A stretch of 64,000 nucleotides of DNA, taken from positions 88,476,001 through 88,540,000 of the forward strand of contig OZ076409.1 in NCBI GenBank assembly GCA_964187785.1, written 5' to 3'. The notes below the pieces were generated by a model. It was not told where the DNA came from, made no database searches, and saw nothing but the letters and a program-made list of their open reading frames with translations. Below, in pieces: positions 51,517-60,681 of this stretch. The translations under genes and the position numbers were made by a program. This stretch comes from Amphiscolops sp. MND2022 (Eukaryota). Positions within the stretch are counted from its first letter, which is position 1. Each line of letters starts with the position of its first letter.

Positions 51517-51941
51517 TTGGCGAAATTGCACTCTGGGAACTCATAAACAAATGCAAGCATCTCAAGTTCAAATTTTCAGGAGTCTATGCTGCGGATAACT
51601 TTCCCTTAGCCCTGGACAGAAACACTTTCGTTATCGTTAACTCGGATAAAGCGGAAGCACCTGGTACCCACTGGCTCCTTTATTGTAATCGAGAAGATGT
51701 ATTTGCCTTCGGCGATCCGCTTGGACTACCTCTATCCTATTATGAAGAAATATACAAGCGATTGCAATTCACAAAGTTCACAGTCACGGAACTAGTTAAA
51801 CATCAACTCCAGAGGCCAACTTCTAATCTGTGTGGTTTATACTGTATATACATTGCTCATTATGTGTTCAGTTCTCATTTTCCAATGATACCTACAATAT
51901 CGGAAGATGAACTCTTACGTTTTGTAAAACATACTCTCTAA
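51513..51941 (+). CDS. Adenain-like cysteine maturation protease
   Basis: GVYAAD, IVNSD...PGTHW, GDPLG, LQ...CGLYC (His/Asp/Gln/Cys). Confidence 0.93.
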   Translation: MIGEIALWELINKCKHLKFKFSGVYAADNFPLALDRNTFVIVNSDKAEAPGTHWLLYCNREDVFAFGDPLGLPLSYYEEIYKRLQFTKFTVTELVKHQLQRPTSNLCGLYCIYIAHYVFSSHFPMIPTISEDELLRFVKHTL

Positions 51942-52003
51942 TTTCTGTTGTTTTTAATTGTTCTTCGAAAATAAAAGTTGTATCATCATTTTTTTTTTCA
52001 AAA

Positions 52004-52585
52004 TCAATCAGATCTTAGAACAAAAGAAATTGAGTCAGTTTGTAGTATTCCGTGTCCGTCAACCATAATATCAATTAATCTCAGGAAACTAGCAGCATGA
52101 CATCCGTTCAGAATATCACTTATGCGTTCAAGAAAACAGTTGGACATTTCTGCCGTTTGCACTGCAATGTTTCTCATCGATTTGGGTCGAGGGATTTTTT
52201 CTTGGTTTCTTTTTGGCTGCTTGAAAAATGAATTTTCACCCATTTTTTCGTTGTAATGAACTGCGCGTTGTAGTTTTAGGAATATTTGCCCACTTTGATG
52301 TAGCGATTGGCTTGCATGCAACAAGAGAAAATATGTTGAATAAACACAAGGCACTCTATGCTCGCCTTGTTTAGGAGGCTTGTGCCCATCAATTTCGAGT
52401 AGCAGGTGATAGTATTTTTCTCTAACTGGACAGAAGATGTCATGATCATCCGTATGAAGACCAAAGGCGTAATTTTCTGACATTTCCGATGATATTTTTG
52501 GCTCTGTGTAAGCTATGAAGTACCTGAAGTTTTTGCGAAATTTGAGATAGTATTCAGGCGTTTGTTCGATCATTGCTTCAACCAT
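52004..52585 (-). CDS. Hypothetical Polinton protein (possible degenerate HUH fold)
   Basis: 193-aa ATG ORF converging on the protease; contains GLHTD...KYYHLLL and YFLLLH. Confidence 0.55.
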   Translation of the reverse strand: MVEAMIEQTPEYYLKFRKNFRYFIAYTEPKISSEMSENYAFGLHTDDHDIFCPVREKYYHLLLEIDGHKPPKQGEHRVPCVYSTYFLLLHASQSLHQSGQIFLKLQRAVHYNEKMGENSFFKQPKRNQEKIPRPKSMRNIAVQTAEMSNCFLERISDILNGCHAASFLRLIDIMVDGHGILQTDSISFVLRSD

Positions 52586-52715
52586 TTCAACTGAAAAACT
52601 TCCTATTTTTACTTTTTAGCTCATTGTTGTTCTTAAATGGATGGAAAAGAAGTTTATTTGAAAAGTTTAAATAGTTATTGAAAACTCATCACATTTGAAA
52701 CAGAATTGAATTAGT

Positions 52716-53057
52716 TTAACATTTACTAATTTTTCTTGAAGGTGACGATGCAATTGGAGTGTCTGGTCTTTTGAGTGTGCCAGGCAACGGTTCCTTCTGG
52801 AGGTCCGTAGCAAGCCCCGTGCTGATATTCTCCACGTTGTTTATAATTTCTCGAAATTCTTGTACAGTCAGTGTAATTCGTTGATCGATGTAAAAGTCGT
52901 CGTCTGATCCTTTCTTGAAGAGTTTGAGGGAAATGTAAGTTCCTGTTGTCTGGTATGTTTTTGTGGACACTCTGACCAGTCTCCGGTTGTTTTTTGATAC
53001 ATCTAGGAAGCTGTCTCCATATTCTTGATCGGTTGTGGAATTGTAGGGCCGGCTCAT
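52716..53057 (-). CDS. PC4-like ssDNA-binding protein
   Basis: ATG at 53057; RRLVRVSTKTY..GTYISLKLFKK...QRITLTVQEFREI matches the PC4 beta-hairpin/helix pattern. Confidence 0.65.
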   Translation of the reverse strand: MSRPYNSTTDQEYGDSFLDVSKNNRRLVRVSTKTYQTTGTYISLKLFKKGSDDDFYIDQRITLTVQEFREIINNVENISTGLATDLQKEPLPGTLKRPDTPIASSPSRKISKC

Positions 53058-53472
53058 TTTATTTTTATAATGAAATGTTATTTCTAAGATTTGAGATCTC
53101 AACAGTCAACTGTCGGCTTTGGTGATTTCAAGCTAATGACTACGTCTGTTCTCTTAAAGTGATAAGTACTCTCAATAACACGCGCACGTGAATCAGCTTA
53201 GGGTCACTATTTCTCGGTTTCTAAACAAATTTTTATCTTTTGTTTACAAAGTTTCTCGTTTGTTAATCTTGAAAGTATCCCGTCCGCAAAGTATGAATCA
53301 TTTTAAACACCTTTATCTCGTATCATTGTTATGACTGTTTGTTTTATTGTCTAGACGTAGTACATGTAACTAGGGTTATAAACAAATTTTGTTTACATGA
53401 ATAGACTTTTCCTAAACAGGTTTTTGGTCACTTTGATAAAGAACGATTCAACATTCAGTTTTTCTGAGAACA

Positions 53473-54171
53473 ATGAAACTTCAAATTCAAACTTTCACTG
53501 ATTCTGATGATTCTCTGCGTTTCACTTTCTATGAAAGTTGGTTCAATAAATTCATTATCGTCGTTAAAGAGGAACGATTCAGCGATGAGGACTGGTCTGT
53601 GGTCAATTCCTTAGCAATTCCAAAAAATCTCTTCAGTGTTCTCAGGGCAACTAGTCCCGCGCCAAGTTTGAGCTCTAATCTTTCTCTAGTTGTGACAGAT
53701 GACACAACTTATCGAGCTAAAACAGTTGAAGATCGACTACATCTACCCTTACACGTTCGAAAAACGCTTCTGGATCGTGATTGTGAAGAAATACCGCTGT
53801 ATGAGAACCAGACCGGGTATTTTAACGATGTAGAAACTCTGGAATGGTTCTGGGATATACCGAAAGACGACGGAAAATTGCATCATGGATCTGATGCCGA
53901 CACGAACCTAGCTCTCCCGAACACTATACCTGAATGTGATGGTGGCATTTTTATCTATGAGACGCCTTGTACCGCAGCTGCTTTGGAGACGCCACCATGC
54001 TTGATCAACACAGATGGGGAGGAAACTTCCATGCGTGAGTCCCCCTCCACTCCAGAAACGAAAGATCCAATGGATCATATAGATTGTCCCCCTGCACCGA
54101 AAAAACGAAGAATCATCAAACGACCTAGTATCCCCATCAAAGTGCAACCTCTCACCTTTTCCGAGTTCTAG
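53473..54171 (+). CDS. Hypothetical acidic protein with TP/SP sites and a CPPAPKKRR motif
   Basis: 232-aa ATG ORF; C-terminus ETP..ETPP..ESPSTPE...CPPAPKKRRIIKR...PLTF. Confidence 0.7.
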   Translation: MKLQIQTFTDSDDSLRFTFYESWFNKFIIVVKEERFSDEDWSVVNSLAIPKNLFSVLRATSPAPSLSSNLSLVVTDDTTYRAKTVEDRLHLPLHVRKTLLDRDCEEIPLYENQTGYFNDVETLEWFWDIPKDDGKLHHGSDADTNLALPNTIPECDGGIFIYETPCTAAALETPPCLINTDGEETSMRESPSTPETKDPMDHIDCPPAPKKRRIIKRPSIPIKVQPLTFSEF

Positions 54172-54588
54172 TGTTTTTTCCTCTAATTTTGTTGCCTATG
54201 TTTAATCGTGCTTCTCTTCAAATACACCCTAACATGATAATCATTCTTCTTTTTCAATACATCATAACATTTTTCTGTAATTTAATTTTAATATGGCTTG
54301 TTTTTTCTCAATTCTGTGTTGAGGTGTTCATCCTTAAGTTTGTCTAGACAGAGCTCGGTTTTCTTTTTAAAAAGTTGTTAGCAAACGGAGCCTTTGGGCA
54401 AATATTTGTTCATTTACATGATAGTTTTATTGCTTGCAATTTTTTTGAGTTGACCCAGTTTTGGGGAAAAAGCGTTAGTCGCAGCTTGTGTCATAAATTT
54501 TTATTATTTGTAAACATTTCGTGAGACATTTTTCTCGAGATACAAGTTCTGTCATTATTTTTCGCTAATACCTCAAGTTGAGTTGAAA

Positions 54589-57500
54589 ATGATCGTGTGT
54601 CATCTGTGTAACAAACATTTTTCGAAAAAATGTAATCTTTATCGTCATCTGAGAAACATTCACGGAGAGACTCCTCTGCTTAGTAAAGATTTAAAATGTA
54701 CTCAGTGTAATTTCACCTGCACGTCAGTGTCGGAACTCAAGCTACATGAACAAACGTCCCATTCACTACATGACACGAAGTTGTGTATTTATTGTAGAAA
54801 AGTTTTCCACTCTCTGAAGGCTTTCAATTCTCATCTATCGAGTGTTCATTCCCTTCCACCTGTATTGTCTTCTCAAAACGAGAGAACTCATCGTCCAGAA
54901 ATCTCAGCTCTTAATGGCACCGCTGAATCCTTCTTCTTGAAAGCCAGTCCCAATGACTATGATTTTCTACAATTTATGATTGAGCAAAAGCCTATAATCA
55001 AAGAGATAATATGCGAGAGTCTTCAAACAGAATCTCGAAAAGTACAATTTTCCGCTAATTTGATCGTAGAAAAGCCAGCTGTCTCCATTGACGATGATGG
55101 ACAAGAAATAGCCATTCATGTCAATTCCAAGCTAGAAGCAGTGTATCTTGCTGATGGCCTTTCTGATGATGCCTTTTCTCGGATGCTCGACCAAATGCTT
55201 ACAAGTCTTATGAGCTTTACCTCCCATGGGAGTGGTTGGATCCTGCAGAAGATTATCGGATTGAATATTCGACTAGTTTCCCATGTTCCCATCCGCGCTT
55301 CGTCCTTCATTGCCCTACCATCTTCTTTACAAAGCATGGCTTGCTTGCTCAACATTCGAAACCGTAACGATAACAATTGTTTTCTCTACTGTTATGTCGC
55401 CGCTTGGCACTTCAAGTTCGGCCCGAGTCTTCATGACAACGTTAGTTGGCGCTTGCGTACAAGTCCCGAAACTTATAGCAGGTCCAATTTAGTGGCACAC
55501 CAACCTGTTGGTGATTTTGAAATGCCAATGGGATTTAATCAGATTCCCAAGTTCGAGCGCTTCAATAATGTTCAAGTCAATGTCTTTCATTATCGAAAGA
55601 AGACGCTGATTCCTGTTCTCATCTCGAAAAATAGAGATTCTCGCTTTGTTATTGACTTGCTCTTACTTACTGATGGACAGAGGCATCATTATGTTTTGAT
55701 CAAAGATCTCAAAGTGTTTGTTAATAATATTAGAGGCTTGTCTCCTCGTTCAGGTACTGTACTTTGTCGAAATTGCTTCCATATTTGCTCAACTGACGAA
55801 ATTTATCAACGTCATGTTCAATCCTGCTTAGAACACGAAGCCGCCACAATCAAAATGCCTCCACCGGAGAAAAGCACGCTATGTTTCCAGAATTATCAAG
55901 CAAAATGGTTTGTTCCTTTTGTAATTTATTTTGATTTTGAATCCTTGATAAAGCCCGAACAGAGTTGTTCAAATAACCCAGACGGAAGTTTTTCCCAGAC
56001 GATTGAACTTCACGAACCTTGTGGCTTCTGTGTAGCTGTTGTCGAACTTGACAATCTAAAACCAGCTTTCATGAAAGTTGAAAGATCACCAAAATGTATG
56101 CAGAGTTTCGCTATACTGCTACAACAACTAGCTAAAGATATTTACGGTAAGAAACAGTTACATCGAGTCTACCATGGACAACCTCCTAGCGCTAATGATT
56201 CTGTTTGCTGGTTGTGTGAAGCTCCTCTAAGCACAACTGAGAGAGTGGTAGATCATTGTCATTCCACTGGAAAATTCTTGGGTTTCGCGCATAGTAAATG
56301 CAACCTTAAGCGCCGAACTGTCAATTATATTCCTGTAGTGGCGCACAATTTATCAAATTACGATCTCCATCACATTTGCAAAAATCTACATTTCTTCTCA
56401 GAAGATTGTCGAGTTCAAGTTATACCGCTGAATGACGAAAAATATGTTTCTCTCTCCATTGGTGTCAAAGTTGACACCTACATTGATTCACGCGGTGTCG
56501 AAAAGAACGTTTATGAATACCTACGTTTCATTGATTCATACAGATTCATGGCTTCTTCCTTGGAAAAGTTAGTTAGTTTTTTGCCAAAAGATAGCTTTCA
56601 TCTCCTTGATCTTACTTAGCCAAGCAGACTGTGAACTCCTCTATCAGGAGGGATTTTACCCCTACTCATATTTCGATTCTCATGAAAAGTTCAATGAAAA
56701 ACAACTACCTCCTAGAAAGTTCTGGACCAATTCCCTACAAGATGGCGCAATATCAATTTCGGAAACTGAATTTGAGCACGCTAAGCACGTATTTGCTGTT
56801 TTTAACTGTGAAATTCTGGGAGATTATCATGATGTGTATTTAATCAGCGACACTCTTTTGTTAGCTTGTGTTTTCGAAGCATTCCGCAAGATGACTTTCT
56901 CAACTTATGGTCTCGACAGTGCCCACTTTTTTACTTGCTCAAACCTTTCTGGGGATGCTTTCCTTAAAGTCAGTGGAGCTGACGTCGAGCTTCTAACGAA
57001 TAGAGAACATCTCGAGATGGCAGAAAATCTCATAAGAGGTGGTGTTGCTTCAGTTTTTTCAAAACGTCTAGCGACGATGAATAATGAGTATTTGACTACC
57101 TATGACGAATTAAAAGCCACAACTTCTGCTATAATGTTGGACGCGAATAACTTGTACGGAGGAATTATGGAGAAATTTCCTTTACCTCTGAAAGATTTTG
57201 CAATGGATACGGAGACTCAGCTGAGTACAATTCTAGCTACACCTAACGAATCGGCTGTTGGTTATGTTCTAGAAGTTGATTTAGAATATCCTGACTCTCT
57301 TCATAATCTTCACAAAGATTTTCCCCTGGCACCAACCAAGGAGAAGGTGGAAACTGATTGTTTGTCGGATTATCAGTTATCTCTTTTGCAAACAATTGGT
57401 CAGAAGCGAATAGTCACCCAGAAATTAGTTCAAACTCTTCACCACAAACAAAACTATACTATTCATTACATCACTCTCAAACTGCACGTTAGTCTTGGAT

Positions 57501-59007
57501 TAAAGGTTACGAAAGTTCACCGCGTCTTGAAATTTACTCAAGCGAAATGGATGGAACCTTACATCACTTTGAACACAGATATGCGAGCCAAATCAACTAA
57601 CAAGTTCGAAGAATCTTTCTTCAAGTTGATGAACAACTCATGCTATGGCAAAACGCTTGAGAGCAAGAGGAACAGAGTAGCTGTAAAATTACTTCGGAGC
57701 CGTGAAGAAGTTCTGGATAACACTGACAAAGCCTTGTGCAAATCGGTGAAGATTTTCGACGAGAACCTTATCGCTGTGACACTCCGAAAAGGCGAAATTG
57801 TCTGGGATACACCCACAATTGTAGGAGCTTGCATTTTGGACCTTGCAAAGTACCATATGTACCAGTTCCACTATAAGGTGAGCTTTTTCTGGTATTTATT
57901 CATTCGTCTTAGCTCTAGCTCTTTGTATGCTCTTAGATTTTTAAAACTCTTGAATAATTTGCAGTCTCTTCATTTCAGGTGATGAAGCTGAATTTCGATT
58001 GTTCTCTACTCTACTCAGACATTGATTCTCTGTTATACGAGATTCGAGGAGACGATTTCTACAAAAAGCTGGCCGATGACACACTTCTGAAGCAACATTT
58101 TGACTTTTCGAACTACCCACCTGACCATTTCTTGTACAACACTGAAAACAAAATGGTGACACTGAAGTTTAAGGAGGAAATGAGGGGCTCCGCTATCAAG
58201 GAATTCGTTGGTCTGAAAGCCAAAATGTATTCTATTGTTTATGAAGACAAACAGAAGATGTCTGCGAAAGGTGTTTGCCGGTATGCTCAGTCTTCTCTCA
58301 ATCACGAGGTCTACAGAAATGTTCTTGTGACAGGAAGTTTGATGCGGTCTACCAACATCAGAATTGGGGCACAGAAGCATATCCTACGAACGATCCGAAA
58401 TCAGAAAATTTCTCTATCTGCTTTCGACGATAAACGATTCATTCTCGAAGACGGTATCACATGTTTACCGTTCGGACACTTTGAAATTCGAGATCTTCCA
58501 GTGTTCCGTGAGATTGTACAAGATGATGACTGGGGTTCATCTCAGAGTCTTGAAACCGTAACAAACGGACGAAATGAACTGGCTTCATCACCTTCCTGGT
58601 CCCAAATTGTCAACGATTTCAATATCTCACCTCCTAGTAATGTCCCATCGCTGGTTGATTTAGGTGTCAGTGATGAGTCAGATCAATATGTGGACTCGGA
58701 AATGTTATCCCCCTCGTCTGTTCATATTTTCTCGCCGCCAGATCCTGGTTTCAATCAACGCGCCTACTCTGACGACGAACTTGGAGATGTAGCTGACTTC
58801 AACGAGGACACTGCCGACTATTCATTGCCAAGAGGACGTAACCCCTTCATAGACGACGAGGCGCAGGAAATAGACGAGAGTTTTGTGATATCTGATTCTG
58901 TATCACCCACAATTGCCTACACCCAAGTACCAACTTCCCCATCATTGTTTCAACCCAATCCCAAACGTAGACGAGTTGTTGTTATCTCTAGTGACAGTGA
59001 TGAGTAA
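54589..59007 (+). CDS. Protein-primed family B DNA polymerase (pPolB); frameshift at ~56606-56619, intron at 57878-57978
   Basis: Three N-terminal C2H2 fingers; NNCFLYC...HHYVLI (OTU-like); ExoI YFDFES; CWLC..DHCH..AHSKCN insert; HNLSNYD; FIDS; YPYSY; LDANNLYG; KLMNNSCYGK; spliced MYQFHYK|VMK...LLYSDIDS; KMYS; DDKR. Confidence 0.95.
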
Positions 59008-59130
59008 TTTTTCTGTTTTTTTCAGTCTTTTCTTTGTGATCTTAACGGAAATTGAATGATGCTTGAGTTTTTCTAGTCTTTTTTAGAAGCTTTGCAGAAA
59101 AAACTACGTTGAAAAAGGACAAAACATCTA

Positions 59131-60440
59131 AAATGCTGCTCAAAAATCTGCCATACAAAAGCTATGCCAAAAATATCCGTAGCAAAATGCTGCCGAAAAA
59201 TACAACGAAAAGAAACTATCGCCAAAAATAAGCGTACCGAAATGCTGCTCAAAAATCTGCCGTACAAAAGCTATGCCAAAAATATCCGTAGCAAAATGCT
59301 GCCGAAAAAACTACGAAGAGAAACTATCGCCAAAAATAAGCGTACCGAAATGCTCCTCAAAAATCTGCCGTACAAAAGCTATGCCAAAAATATCCGTAGC
59401 AAAATGCTGCCGAAAAAACAACGAAAAGAAACTATCGCCAAAAATAAGCGTACCGAAATGCTGCTCAAAAATCTGCCGTACAAAAGCTATGCCAAAAATA
59501 TCCGTAGCAAAATGCTGCCGAAAAAACTACGAAGAGAAACTATCGCCAAAAATAAGCGTACCGAAATGCTCCTCAAAAATCTGCCATACAAAAGCTATGC
59601 CAAAAATATCCGTAGCAAAATGCTGCCGAAAAAACTACGAAGAGAAACTATCGCCCAAAATAAGCGTACCGAAATGCTGCTCAAAAATCTGCCGTACAAA
59701 AGCTATGCCAAAAATATCTGTAGCGAAATGCTCCCGGAAAAACTACGAAGAGAAACTATCGACAAAAATAAGCGTACAGAAATGCTGCTCAAAAATTGAC
59801 CGTACAAAGCTATGCCAAAAATAGCCGTAGCAAAATGCTGCCGAAAAAACTACGAACAGAAACTATCGCCAAAAATAAGCGTACCGAAATGCTGCTCAAA
59901 AATTGACCGTACAAAAGCTATGCCAAAAATACCCGTAGCAAAATGCTGCCGAAAAAAACTACGAAGAGAAACTGTCGTCAAAAATGAGCGTACCGAAATG
60001 CTGCTCAAAAATCTGCCGTACAAAAGCTATGCCAAAAATACCCGTAGCAAAATGCTGCCGAAAAAAACTACGAAGAGAAACTGTCGTCAAAAATGAGCGT
60101 ACCGAAATGCTGCTCAAAAATCTGCCGTACAAAAGCTATGCCAAAAATATCCGTAGCAAAATGCTGCCGGAAACTCTACGAAGAGAAACTGTCGTCAAAA
60201 ATGAGCGTACCGAAATGCTGCTCAAAAATTGACCGTACAAAGCTATGCCAAAAATATCCGTAGCAAACTGCTGCCGGAACAACTACGAAGAGAAACTATC
60301 GGCAAAAATAAGCCTACCGAAATGCTGCTCAAAAATCTGCCGTACAAAAGCTATGCCAAAAATATCGTAGCAAAATGATGTCGGAAAAACTACGAAGAGA
60401 AACTATCGTCCAAAGTTAGCGTTTCGAAATGGTGCTCAAA
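59131..60440. repeat. Internal Polinton tandem array, ~12 x 108 bp
   Basis: Unit aaatgctgctcaaaaatctgccgtacaaaagctatgccaaaaatatccgtagcaaaatgctgccgaaaaaactacgaagagaaactatcgccaaaaataagcgtaccg; 36-aa periodicity in the ORF track. Confidence 0.95.
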
Positions 60441-60681
60441 GTATATCCTAATAGTGGGAAATCGTAGAAAAGTGTTTTCAAAAAAAAGTTTCAGCCCTTG
60501 CACTTCAACTTTCGACCATTGCCGGTATATGAGCCCCAGGATTTGAATACTCGAAGCTGTGCGGTAATGATAACACCACGAGGGTGACCTTTGTTGCCTC
60601 TTCTCAGGCTATGATAAAAAAACAAGAAAAATATAAATTAAACACAAGACAAAATTATCAAAAACTGTAGACACAAACTAT

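Noticed and set aside
53473..54171. LxCxE retinoblastoma-binding motif (Oncoid-like)
   Set aside because: The closest strings (RDCEE here, VPCEE in the 2-TM protein) do not match LxCxE.
59164..60232. K/R-rich repeat ORFs as genuine proteins, or the array as CRISPR
   Set aside because: No spacers. Two frames are open simply because the unit lacks stops, and 1-bp indels break the frames, so coding is unsupported.
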